Assembly: GCA_963664705.1 (NCBI GenBank)
Contig: OY761556.1
Location: 3,712,001 to 3,776,000 of the forward strand
Direction: 5' to 3'
DNA from: Acidobacteriota bacterium
GTDB lineage: Bacteria > Acidobacteriota > UBA6911
Length of the DNA: 64,000 nucleotides
Shown: positions 28,481 to 38,526 of the stretch, one piece after another
Position numbering within the stretch: the first letter of the stretch is position 1
How the letters are laid out: the number at the start of each line of letters is the position of its first letter
Notes under the pieces: model-generated
What the model saw: the letters and a program-made list of their open reading frames with translations, nothing else
What the model was told of the DNA's origin: nothing
Database searches by the model: none
Translations under genes and position numbers: made by a program

Positions 28481-29521
28481 ATGAATAAAAGCGTGTGGCA
28501 GGTTTTCAATGCCCTGGAACGATTTGAAGAAGTGCGCCAGCAATGGGATCAGCTAAACCATAGCGATGCAAATCATATTCTGCTGGATTCCCGATTCATT
28601 GCCGCGCTGCTTCGCCATTTTGCATCAAATACGGTGATGCTTGCATCTAAACCCGGCGCTTGCATGTGCCTTATTCAAAGAAACAAGATAGGACTGTGGT
28701 CTACCTTCCAACCCTCCCAGGCACCCATTGGCTTGATTATGGGCTCCCACGCGCAAGTGGGCGTTCCCGCAATCAAAGAACTCATGGCGTCCTTGCCCGG
28801 CTATGCCATCCAGATCAGCATCCTGCAGCAGGACCCCGCCTACTGCAGCCTGCCAAGGACCTCGGACAGCTCCGATGTGCGGTTCATGGATTATATCCAG
28901 ACTTCACGGCTAAAGATTGAGGGACAATTTGAGGATTACTGGAATAAACGAAGCCGAAATCTCAAGCACAATTTGGACAGGCAGGCTCGAAGGATTGGAG
29001 AGGAGGGTCAAAATATAGAACTGTGCTGTGAGAAAGACCCGCCTCAAATGGCCGGGTGCGTGAATGAGCATGGGAGGATGGAGAGCGAAGGCTGGAAGGG
29101 CAAGGAAGGCACAGCTATTTCGTCAGACAACACTCAGGGCCGATTTTATCGGGACTTGATGGCCACATTTGCATCCACCGACGAGGCTCGAGTATATCAG
29201 CTGAAACTGAATGGTCGTGTTATCGCAAGCGATCTCTGCCTGTCGCGTAAAGGGATGCTTATAGTTTTAAAGACCGCGTATGACGAGACCATCCAGGGCT
29301 TTTCCCCTGCACTTTTGATGAGAAAAAAGATAGTGGAGCGACTGTTCGCAGAAAAAGAAATTGAAGTTATTGAGTTTTATGGGAAGGTAAGGACCTGGCA
29401 CCTGCAATGGACCGAAGATGTTCGGGATATGTATCACGTCGATGTTTTCCGCGCACCCATTGCGGCAACAATCCGGGATTGGATAAAAAGTGCAAGACAA
29501 CATGCAGAGCCACCTGTTTAG
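28481..29521 (+). CDS. GNAT family protein (CelD/BcsL-like)
   Basis: FEDYWNKRSRNLKHNL, ESEGWKG, LKTAYDE...SPALL, IEFYG. Confidence 0.85.
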   Translation: MNKSVWQVFNALERFEEVRQQWDQLNHSDANHILLDSRFIAALLRHFASNTVMLASKPGACMCLIQRNKIGLWSTFQPSQAPIGLIMGSHAQVGVPAIKELMASLPGYAIQISILQQDPAYCSLPRTSDSSDVRFMDYIQTSRLKIEGQFEDYWNKRSRNLKHNLDRQARRIGEEGQNIELCCEKDPPQMAGCVNEHGRMESEGWKGKEGTAISSDNTQGRFYRDLMATFASTDEARVYQLKLNGRVIASDLCLSRKGMLIVLKTAYDETIQGFSPALLMRKKIVERLFAEKEIEVIEFYGKVRTWHLQWTEDVRDMYHVDVFRAPIAATIRDWIKSARQHAEPPV

Positions 29522-30659
29522 CATCCCAAAGGATCAATTCCTTCAGCTGCAATTCCTGAAATGGCGGAATTCCCTTCCTGATCCGAATTCCACCTATCAC
29601 TTTTATTTGGCACGGAATGCAATCTACAGCGCTCTGAAACTGTTGAAAATTGATCCGAATTCCACCGTATTACTTCCGAGCTATATTTGCCGCGCAGCCG
29701 TTGAACCTGTGTCGGCATACGGGTGCAGAGTTGTCTATTATGGAATTCAAGAAAATTGCGCAGCGGACATAGACGATTTGGAGAGGAAGCTGGAAGGAAA
29801 TGCCCGCCTCGTCCTGGCAGTTCATTATTTTGGATTTCCACAACAAATGGACCAGATCCGGAAGCTTTGTGACAGCCGGGGAGCCAAACTCATTGAAGAC
29901 TGTGCCCATCAATTGGGAGGATTAGGTCAGGGCCCATTGGGGGAAGGCCCGGGTGATGTCCGTATATTCAGCCTGAGAAAACAGCTCCCGGTATATGACG
30001 GTGCATTGCTCCACATGCGAAGCCCGATCGATCTGCCGATTCAGTGGCAGCTTGACGATTTCATGCATACCATGAAGGCAACCCTTGATCTCCTTTCCTA
30101 TTCGGCCCGCAGAGGAAAGCCCGGATCACAGGGTGCATTGGCCAGTGCCGGCAGGACTGTAAAAAAACTGCTCCGCAATCGGCTTTTGTCGCGGGAAACG
30201 CAGACTGAACTCAAGAAGATCTCGGAAACAGGTTCAGATTTTAGCGCAGATATGGCAACAATGCCGATGACACGAATTTCCCGCTGGATTTACCGCCATA
30301 TGGATTTTGACAAAATAATGGAGCGGAGAAGGGAAAATTACGTCTTTTTATCCAATGCACTCCGAACTGAAAGACGGATCACCCTCCTATATCCTGAGTT
30401 GGACGAGGGTGTTTGCCCGTGGGTGTTGCCTTTCCATATTAGGGGATTCAAGGATGCCCATTTACGGATGCGAGCCGAAGGCATCCCAGCTGTAACATGG
30501 GGAGGAGTCCGCCCGGAGAGCCTGACTCGAGGGGATTATCCGGAGGCAGATTTTCTCTATGACAATTTGATCTTCCTTCCCGTTCATCAAAGCCTCAAAA
30601 GGAATGATCTGGCATTGATTTCTACAACTGTATCCCGGGTTTTACGCGCTTCAGAATAA
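29490..30659 (+). CDS. DegT/DnrJ/EryC1/StrS-family PLP aminotransferase
   Basis: ARNAI, LLPSYIC, VHYFGF, LIEDCAH, FSLRK (PLP Lys), LPVHQ. Confidence 0.85.
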   Translation: MQDNMQSHLFSIPKDQFLQLQFLKWRNSLPDPNSTYHFYLARNAIYSALKLLKIDPNSTVLLPSYICRAAVEPVSAYGCRVVYYGIQENCAADIDDLERKLEGNARLVLAVHYFGFPQQMDQIRKLCDSRGAKLIEDCAHQLGGLGQGPLGEGPGDVRIFSLRKQLPVYDGALLHMRSPIDLPIQWQLDDFMHTMKATLDLLSYSARRGKPGSQGALASAGRTVKKLLRNRLLSRETQTELKKISETGSDFSADMATMPMTRISRWIYRHMDFDKIMERRRENYVFLSNALRTERRITLLYPELDEGVCPWVLPFHIRGFKDAHLRMRAEGIPAVTWGGVRPESLTRGDYPEADFLYDNLIFLPVHQSLKRNDLALISTTVSRVLRASE

Positions 30660-30669
30660 TTCATCCTCC

Positions 30670-31929
30670 ATGAAAAACATTTTGATGGTTGCATTTCACT
30701 TTCCGCCGCAATCGGGCAGCAGCGGAATTTTGCGAACGCTGAAATTCTGCCGCTATCTCCCGGATTTTGGGTGGAAACCAACCGTTCTCACGGCGCATCC
30801 GCGTGCCTATGAAAAAACGGATCAGGGCCAATTGGCAGAGATACCTGAAAATGTTACGGTTTTGAGGCCATTTGCCCTGGATTCCAAACGTCATTTATCG
30901 ATAAGGGGACGCCATTCGCGTCTTTTGTCTCTTCCCGATCCATGGGTTTGGTGGACTATTGGGGCGGTTCCAGCTGCAATGCGCCACATGCGCCAACAAC
31001 AAACCGACGCCATCTTCAGCACCTATCCAATCGCCAGCGCGCAACTCATCGGTTATCTACTCCATCGTCTCACCTCAAAGCCATGGATCGTGGATCTTCG
31101 CGACTCCATGACCGAGGACAACTATCCTGTAAACAAAACTGTTCGCAAGACATATCTCTGGATAGAACGAAAGGCAGCAAAATATGCGTCGCTGATGATT
31201 TTTACCGCACCTTCCGCTCAAAAGATGTACCTTCAACGCTATCCTTCGCTTCATCCGGATCGCACATGCGTAATCCCCAATGGTTTTGACCGCTCGGATT
31301 TTTCCGGCATTTCATCCACCAATTCTGGAGCGGACAAGGAGTACCCCCTGCATCTAGTACATAATGGCCTGATATACCCTGAAGAGCGGGATCCGCGACC
31401 CTTCTTTGCGGCACTGGCGGAACTGAAGAAATCCGGCCAAATCAGTTCCCAAAAGCTGAAGGTGGAATTGAGAGCCTCCGGATCGGAATCATCCTACCAG
31501 GCAATCCTCAACGCAGCCCAAATTGATGATATCGTGACACTTCAGCCACAGATCAGCTATAGATCATCGCTTGAGGAATGCATGAATGCGGATGGCATGC
31601 TGCTTTTTCAAGCACGAAATTGCGATCATCAAATTCCGGCCAAAGTATATGAATACTTCGCCATTGGAAAGCCGATTCTGGCTTTGACTTCAGAGAGCGG
31701 GGATACCGCCAGGCTTCTCAATGAAGTGGGCGGAACCACCATGGCCGACATTGCCGATCAGAATAATATCGCTTGTCAACTGGTGGACTTCCTGAATAAA
31801 ATTTATTCAAAGCAGCATCCTGTGCCGGATCCGCAGAGGGCAGAAGCTTTCTCACGCAGAAATGGAGCCAAAACACTTGCAGCGCATCTTACCAGACTGA
31901 CAGCCACTGAAAAAACCGCGAGATCCTGA
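30670..31929 (+). CDS. GT4 glycosyltransferase
   Basis: AFHFPP..GSSGILRTLKF, WIVDLRD, IPNGFD, QIPAKVYEY. Confidence 0.9.
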   Translation: MKNILMVAFHFPPQSGSSGILRTLKFCRYLPDFGWKPTVLTAHPRAYEKTDQGQLAEIPENVTVLRPFALDSKRHLSIRGRHSRLLSLPDPWVWWTIGAVPAAMRHMRQQQTDAIFSTYPIASAQLIGYLLHRLTSKPWIVDLRDSMTEDNYPVNKTVRKTYLWIERKAAKYASLMIFTAPSAQKMYLQRYPSLHPDRTCVIPNGFDRSDFSGISSTNSGADKEYPLHLVHNGLIYPEERDPRPFFAALAELKKSGQISSQKLKVELRASGSESSYQAILNAAQIDDIVTLQPQISYRSSLEECMNADGMLLFQARNCDHQIPAKVYEYFAIGKPILALTSESGDTARLLNEVGGTTMADIADQNNIACQLVDFLNKIYSKQHPVPDPQRAEAFSRRNGAKTLAAHLTRLTATEKTARS

Positions 31930-32111
31930 GTCCGGCATAATCCAAGAGTCATAATTGTGATGATCCACACCATCTATGCCAGCTTTTTGCCGAATAATCA
32001 TGCTTCGTCCCATATTTCGGCTGAAGAGATGTATCAAAAGGACGATATTGACGTCAGGGCCTTGGGCCCGACACTGGCTTATTTGTCGTGAATCAGAGTG
32101 CAGGAGCAAGC

Positions 32112-35100
32112 ATGAGCCGCCAAACCTTTAAGTTAGTCCTGATGTTAGGCGTAATTAGCGCCCTATTAGGTTTCCCGATACTTTCGCAGGCTCAACTCTC
32201 GCCTCCAAAGGTGCTCAGGTTTGGTTCGTCAGGCCTTGTACCGGTTCAATTAACCTCGACTCAAACCGGTTTACTCCCCTACACGGTGGGACTGGCATTC
32301 AAGGCCGGCGATATTCCAGGCTATCCGTCTATAAACGGTGCGCAGGTCGTGGTCAAGCGACGATGGAATGACGGCAGCGTGAAACATGCCATCGTCTCGG
32401 GAGAATCCAATTTTTCCGGAAGTGCCATTCCATTGCCGGTGACGAATTCCTCTTCGGCGCCTTCCGGCGCTGATTTGACCTCCGCCGATATTCAGGCCGC
32501 CGCGCCTTCTGCTTCCGTACAACTTGGCAATATCGGTACCGTCAATTTGACGACATTGCTTGCCAGCCCATTTCGAACCTGGATCAGTGGGCCGCTCATG
32601 GTTGAATGCCATTACAGAAGCCCGGTAGGCAGCGATCCAACACTTGCAGTATGGTTCTATGTCCGCCTGTATAAACATGGGCGAATCTGGATCCGGGCAA
32701 TTGTCGAAAATGGCTATGTTGATGTAACTCCAAACGATAAATCCTATGTACCGACTGTGATCATCGGGGGGGCTACTGTCTTTAGTAATAGCGGATCCGC
32801 TCTTACTCATTATGCCCATACACGGTGGACGGCGGAAGGATGGATCGGCGGGAATCCTCAGGTCGTCCCGAAGCATGATCCGACCTATCTGATATCCACA
32901 AAACTGGTCCCAAACTATTGGAAGCGCAGTCCCAGCGCCGCGACATTGAACGCATTGGTCCAGACATACGCGCCTATGGGTCGCGCGGGCCTCACCCAAA
33001 GCATGGGCGCGGCTGGCTTTCAAAACCAGATCGGTCTCTTGCCCCTATGGGATGCGCTCTATGCGACAACCGGGGATTCACGGGCTTACAATTCAGTTCT
33101 GGCAAATAGTTCTGCACTGAATTCCTATCCAATTGTCTGGAAGGATTCTGCTTCCGGCTTACCACCTAAGCCATCCAGCTATCCCAATACAACGCTCGCA
33201 GCCGATAATTATTCAGCAGGATCGCTGTCCTGGGAACTGAATCATCATCCATCGGAGGGATACCTAGCCTATATCTTGTCTGGCGATTACTGGCATTATG
33301 AAACAGCGCTCCTTCAAACCTCGCTGATATATTTGATGAAATCGACAGCAATCTATACTCCCTACGGGGGAGGCGGCGTTGGGCTGAACAGGATACTGAC
33401 ATTCCAGACTCGCGGAACAGCGTGGAATATCCGCACCATATCTCAGGCCGTCGGCATAGCACCCACAGGAGATGCAGTTGCTTCTGATTATGCTACGCTG
33501 CTTTCCAATAATGTCGCCTATTGGGTTTCGATTATCAACTCCCTCGGCGGAACTGGAATCGGCTATATATATGAATATGGCGCCAGTGGCAATCTCGATG
33601 GATATGGCCCGGGATTAAATTCTCCCTGGATGCAGCACTTCTGGATGCAGTCCATGGGGCTTGGCTCCGACATAGAACCGCTGGCATCCATGACAAACTT
33701 TAATGCGGTAAGGGATTGGCTTTATCGCGGTATAGTCGGCATTTTAGGAGACTCAAATGGGTATGGATTTGCTTATGCTTCAAATTATAGCATAAAAATT
33801 TCAAATGGGATAAGCTTGGATCCCACGACGTGGTATAGGACGTGGCCAGAGGTTTGGAATGCCACTTTTACGCCGCCACCTGCATATACAAATACCTTAC
33901 AGGGCAGCAGCGCAGGAATAGCATCTGAAGCGCCTACCGGCTATTGGGGCAACCTGCTTCCGGCAATAGCATATGCGGTGGACCATTCGGCGGCAGGAGC
34001 CTCTGCGGCTTGGTCAAGACTGACGGGGTCTACCAATTGGGCAACTGTCGAGGGAAGTGGATTTGACAATACGCCGATATGGGGGATAGTGCCGCGTTTT
34101 TCGCCCAACCCCATATTATCTAACCTTCAATCCAATAGCGCTTTGGATTTGGGTGTGTATTCACTAAACTCAACACCAGCCGGCGGAATCAATGAAAACA
34201 GCATCACCGACTATTCAGGATTTGTATATAGTAGTGACCATGCATCCATGCTAATGTTTGGCGGTGGCCATTCTGCGACCATGGCTGATTACATTGCGCG
34301 CCTTAAACTCGATGCCTCATCCGATCTTACTTGGACACCTGATTATTCTAGAACTAGCATTGCATCAATGACATCTGCAAACGCCGGAGCAAATGGCATA
34401 TGGACCTCCACCGGCTTCCCAATGTCAAGGCATACATATGATATGCTATCCTATGCTTCGAATGTCGGCAAACTGGTCATGTTGACTATGAACCCAAATC
34501 AGGGCGACAATCTTTCTTTCGATCCATCCAATTACGTCACTACACCGAAGGTAATGACATATAGCCCATCATCAAAATCATGGTCAGTCAGCTCTGCTTC
34601 AGCAAATTCCTCCTGGATATATTACTCCTCATCTGAATATGACCCCATTAGTGGAATGGTTATTGTTCTTGATCCATATGATAAAAGAAAATTATCGTTT
34701 TTCAATCCGTCAACCAATTCAATAACTGACATAAAAGTGGTTGATATTCCCGCTATGGGATACGCTCAGAATCTTGTGTATTGTCCATACAATGATAAGT
34801 TTTATTGGATAAAATCTGGTTCGCCTGTACGCGTCTGGGAGATTAATCTAAATAGATCCTCATGGTCAAGTTCTACAGTGTCCGAGATCACTGCAATGAG
34901 CAATGCGCCAACAATATTGAATGAGACCGGATGGGCATGGAATGATCGGTCTAAGGTCATTGGAGGAGGCGTGCAAAGTGGTCATTTTTTTGCATATGAC
35001 CCTTTAACAAAACAATGGACAGATAAAGCAATGATTTCGAGTTCAGGATCCATTGGCACGCTTGCCTTTCACGCTTTGGCATTTGATTCTCTAAATGGCG

Positions 35101-35159
35101 TGTTTATATTCATCACCGATGGCGCTTCTGGGCGCCATACCTGGGCGTATAAGTATTGA
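32112..35159 (+). CDS. Large secreted protein (lyase/hydrolase-like N-region plus beta-propeller-like C-region), function unknown
   Basis: GGAG SD before ATG 32112; signal peptide ending SQA; VKRRWNDGSVKHA, HHPSEGYLAY, QTRGTAW; C-part with PMSRHTYD, SEYDP, YDP..KQW repeats. Confidence 0.7.
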   Translation: MSRQTFKLVLMLGVISALLGFPILSQAQLSPPKVLRFGSSGLVPVQLTSTQTGLLPYTVGLAFKAGDIPGYPSINGAQVVVKRRWNDGSVKHAIVSGESNFSGSAIPLPVTNSSSAPSGADLTSADIQAAAPSASVQLGNIGTVNLTTLLASPFRTWISGPLMVECHYRSPVGSDPTLAVWFYVRLYKHGRIWIRAIVENGYVDVTPNDKSYVPTVIIGGATVFSNSGSALTHYAHTRWTAEGWIGGNPQVVPKHDPTYLISTKLVPNYWKRSPSAATLNALVQTYAPMGRAGLTQSMGAAGFQNQIGLLPLWDALYATTGDSRAYNSVLANSSALNSYPIVWKDSASGLPPKPSSYPNTTLAADNYSAGSLSWELNHHPSEGYLAYILSGDYWHYETALLQTSLIYLMKSTAIYTPYGGGGVGLNRILTFQTRGTAWNIRTISQAVGIAPTGDAVASDYATLLSNNVAYWVSIINSLGGTGIGYIYEYGASGNLDGYGPGLNSPWMQHFWMQSMGLGSDIEPLASMTNFNAVRDWLYRGIVGILGDSNGYGFAYASNYSIKISNGISLDPTTWYRTWPEVWNATFTPPPAYTNTLQGSSAGIASEAPTGYWGNLLPAIAYAVDHSAAGASAAWSRLTGSTNWATVEGSGFDNTPIWGIVPRFSPNPILSNLQSNSALDLGVYSLNSTPAGGINENSITDYSGFVYSSDHASMLMFGGGHSATMADYIARLKLDASSDLTWTPDYSRTSIASMTSANAGANGIWTSTGFPMSRHTYDMLSYASNVGKLVMLTMNPNQGDNLSFDPSNYVTTPKVMTYSPSSKSWSVSSASANSSWIYYSSSEYDPISGMVIVLDPYDKRKLSFFNPSTNSITDIKVVDIPAMGYAQNLVYCPYNDKFYWIKSGSPVRVWEINLNRSSWSSSTVSEITAMSNAPTILNETGWAWNDRSKVIGGGVQSGHFFAYDPLTKQWTDKAMISSSGSIGTLAFHALAFDSLNGVFIFITDGASGRHTWAYKY

Positions 35160-35723
35160 TGTGGAAAAATGCGCGCTATCATTCTCATTGCACATGCAAA
35201 CATATTGTCCTTTTTCAAACTTCACACGATTTAAACAGCGCTTTAAAAGGCATAAAAGCAACATCCACCTATTCTCAGGCAAGGATGAGTTATCTTGAGC
35301 AACGCCGCAAGAACATGCCGTTGCAATAATTCAAGTTAGGCGTCCTAGCCCTCTTCGCAGGCTTTGCTTTCAGCACATTGTCTATACTACTGCACCAAGA
35401 ACATCTAGGCTTGGAAAGATACAGTGGAAGCCAAGAAGAACCGATAATGCAAATATCTCCCAGAATCTTCTTCCCAAATTCCCGCTATGGTCTCGTGCAA
35501 GGATTTTGAATAGCTAATGACATTGCTAAGACATTCCACTATGGGATTTTTGCTAATCGAAGTTAAATAGAATGCCAATCCGTTGGCTCGATTGTTTACA
35601 TGGTCTCACCAGATCAAACACAGATGAAACAGTTTCGTATGGAACAGAATTACCCTTGGCGCTTATCTCGGACCCAATAATTCAATATAACCCTATTAGA
35701 CAATATTTACCGGATGATACTTC

Positions 35724-37202
35724 TTGCAAACACCCGATAGCGCAATAATTGATCGTAATAGACATAATTCCATTGATAGGGCCTTTCTTCGAGGCGTAGC
35801 CTGGGTTGGCAGCGTCAAGTGGATCATACAAGTCGTCAGCTGGGCGACAACACTGGTCCTCGTGCGCTTGCTGACACCATCAGATTATGGATTGGTGGGC
35901 ATGGCCAGTGCATACTTGGGCTTTCTATCAATCATTAATGAGTTGGGACTTGGCTCGGCGGTAATAGTTTTCAGAACCCTCGACAACAAACAGTTGGAAC
36001 AGCTCAATACCATCAGCATTTTAACAGGGTTTCTCTTCTTCCTCATCTCCTGCCTTCTTGCCGCCCCGGTAGCAGCCTTTTACCGAACTCCGGAATTGGC
36101 AAGAGTCATCGTTATTATGAGCTCCAGCTATATCATCAGTGCATTCAAAGTAGTGCCTTCAGCGCTTCTATCGCGCGATCTCAAGTTCAGGCTACTCTCG
36201 ATTGCGGAAGCCGTTCAAGTCTTGTCTCAATCGATTCTGATGATTATTCTGGCACTTCTGCATTTTGGCTATTGGACTTTGGTCATAGGATCGCTGGCGT
36301 CAATTTTTGTGCCAACAGGAATTTTGGTTAAATCGCGCTTTGTAAAATACAGAATCCCTTCACTACAAACACTGCGTCCAGCACTTTCCTATAGCAGCCA
36401 TGTCCTGGTGTCCCGCATTTGTTGGTATATCCAGTCGAATGCGGATTTCGCGGTTGCGGGTAGACTATTCGGCAAAGCAGTTCTGGGACCCTATACATTT
36501 GCATGGGATCTGGCAAGCGTACCAGTCAACAAAATAAGCTCAACAATAGGACAAATTACTCCTTCATACTTTTCCTCTCTTCAAAATGATCTGAATAGTC
36601 TGGGGAATAGATTTCTTCGCATAACCGAATCTCTTTCCCTGGTAACCTTTCCTATTTCAGTTGGCATAGCATTTGTAGCCGAGGATTTCGTCCATGTTGC
36701 CCTCGGCCCGGAATGGATTGGAGCGATCGTACCATTGCGGCTTCTAGGGCTGTATGCAGCCTTTCGTTCCATATCCGCTTTGCCTCCGCAGATTCTATTT
36801 GTTACCGGCGAATCAAAATTTCAGATGAACATGTCTATCTTATCAGCGATTGTCTTACCGATTGCCTTCGTCATTGGCAGCCGCTGGGGGATAGAAGGAA
36901 TCGCCTGGATTTGGATAATTGCGTATCCACCACTCACTTTGCCAATATTCGCGCTCTCTCTAAAGCGAATGCAGCTAAAACCTCAGCAATACTTTGAATC
37001 GGTTAAGCCAGCTCTTTGGGGATGTATTGCTATTATCGCATTTGTATCTCTGTCAAAGGTCATCACGGTGGACTCCCATGCCGTCAGATTAGCGCTGCAG
37101 GTAACCGTCGGCGCTGTAGCATATATCATGTGCCTGTTTTTTTTGTCGCGCGACAGACTGGTTGAAATTTACCGATACTTGCGCTCCGGTGTAAAAGGAT
37201 AG
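35724..37202 (+). CDS. wzx: Wzx-type flippase (lipopolysaccharide biosynthesis protein family)
   Basis: RLLTPSDYGLVGM, ELGLGSA, GYWTLV, NADF..AGR, WIGAIVPL; many TM helices. Confidence 0.88.
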   Translation: MQTPDSAIIDRNRHNSIDRAFLRGVAWVGSVKWIIQVVSWATTLVLVRLLTPSDYGLVGMASAYLGFLSIINELGLGSAVIVFRTLDNKQLEQLNTISILTGFLFFLISCLLAAPVAAFYRTPELARVIVIMSSSYIISAFKVVPSALLSRDLKFRLLSIAEAVQVLSQSILMIILALLHFGYWTLVIGSLASIFVPTGILVKSRFVKYRIPSLQTLRPALSYSSHVLVSRICWYIQSNADFAVAGRLFGKAVLGPYTFAWDLASVPVNKISSTIGQITPSYFSSLQNDLNSLGNRFLRITESLSLVTFPISVGIAFVAEDFVHVALGPEWIGAIVPLRLLGLYAAFRSISALPPQILFVTGESKFQMNMSILSAIVLPIAFVIGSRWGIEGIAWIWIIAYPPLTLPIFALSLKRMQLKPQQYFESVKPALWGCIAIIAFVSLSKVITVDSHAVRLALQVTVGAVAYIMCLFFLSRDRLVEIYRYLRSGVKG

Positions 37203-37268
37203 TGATCCTCTGCAAAAATGCATCACGGCACAAACACAATAAGGCCGCATATGTCTTTGGTTCATAAT

Positions 37269-38495
37269 ATGAATGTTCTTCACCTGCTAGACCATAGTCT
37301 GCCCCTGCATAGCGGATATTCATTCCGGAGCCGTAATTTATTGGAAGCCCAGCAGAGAATGGGTCTTTGTCCTGTTGCTTTAACCTCTCCCCGGCATAAT
37401 CGCGAAGCCAATGAGGCACTGAGGCCCTTTGAGGATATTGAGAACATCCGCTACTACAGATCTCCTTCCATCCATGGAGGTATTCCTGGCCCCGCTGCAG
37501 ATCTGAATTTGATGAGGATTCTGTCAAAACGCTGCCGCCAGGTTTGCCGGACAGCACAGGCCCAATTGATCCATGCTCATTCACCCATCCTGAACTGCAT
37601 GCCTGCATTTCCTGTGGGTAAATCACTTGGGATACCGGTTGTCTATGAGATCCGGGCATTCTGGGAGGATGCAGGCGTCGATCAGGGGACTTACCGCGAG
37701 AATTCTCTCAAATATAGGGCCGTGCGTGCTCTGGAGACCTGGGCCTGCAGACGAGCATCTCAGGTAATGGTCATTTGTAACGGACTAAAGCAGGACCTCG
37801 AAAGCCGCGGCATCGACTCCAACAAAATCACCATCATAGGTAATGGGATTGACATTGCTGGATTCCAACCATGCGAGCCCGATGCGGTTTTGAGAAAGGA
37901 ATATGACCTTTACAACAAAAAGGTCATTGCCTTTATGGGATCCTTTTACCACTACGAGGGATTGAATCTGCTGGTCGATGCATTCAAAACTATTGCAATG
38001 CGTCGGTCCGATACAGTTCTGCTTCTCATTGGAGGCGGGGCAGAAGATGAGAAACTAAAGGCTCAAGTCAGGAGCCTGAACCTGGAAGGAAAGGTGCAAT
38101 TCCCTGGAAGAATACCGCATGAACGCATTCCCGCCATCTATGCCCTTTCCGATATACTCGCTTTCCCACGATACTCAATGCGCCTGACCGAACTGGTTAC
38201 GCCTCTCAAGCCGCTTGAAGCCATGGCTATGGCAAAGCCTCTCGTGGCAAGCAATATCGGTGGGCATCGGGAGCTCGTCCGGGATGGCAAAACCGGGCTG
38301 CTATTTGAGCCCGGCAGTAAAGAATCTCTGGCAAAAGCATTGGAATTGCTTTTGGATAATCCGGAACTTGGAAAAACCCTGGGCCAGCAGGGTCGAGATT
38401 GGGTTAGTCGTGAACGGACTTGGGATAAGGTCACCGCGCCATATCCCCAAGTCTATGAAAAGGCACTGCGAACCATAAAGAAAGTAACTTCATAA
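37269..38495 (+). CDS. GT4 glycosyltransferase (TIGR04063-like)
   Basis: LHLLDHSLPLHSGYSFRS, HAHSP, YEIRAFWEDA, RLTELVTPLKPLEAMA. Confidence 0.93.
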   Translation: MNVLHLLDHSLPLHSGYSFRSRNLLEAQQRMGLCPVALTSPRHNREANEALRPFEDIENIRYYRSPSIHGGIPGPAADLNLMRILSKRCRQVCRTAQAQLIHAHSPILNCMPAFPVGKSLGIPVVYEIRAFWEDAGVDQGTYRENSLKYRAVRALETWACRRASQVMVICNGLKQDLESRGIDSNKITIIGNGIDIAGFQPCEPDAVLRKEYDLYNKKVIAFMGSFYHYEGLNLLVDAFKTIAMRRSDTVLLLIGGGAEDEKLKAQVRSLNLEGKVQFPGRIPHERIPAIYALSDILAFPRYSMRLTELVTPLKPLEAMAMAKPLVASNIGGHRELVRDGKTGLLFEPGSKESLAKALELLLDNPELGKTLGQQGRDWVSRERTWDKVTAPYPQVYEKALRTIKKVTS

Positions 38496-38526
38496 TAGCA
38501 AAGCGGTTTCTTCCCTCAGAAAAAAC

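Noticed and set aside
35160-35723. ncRNA or hidden gene in the AT-rich gap
   Set aside because: No convincing ORF, stable structure or known motif visible by eye.
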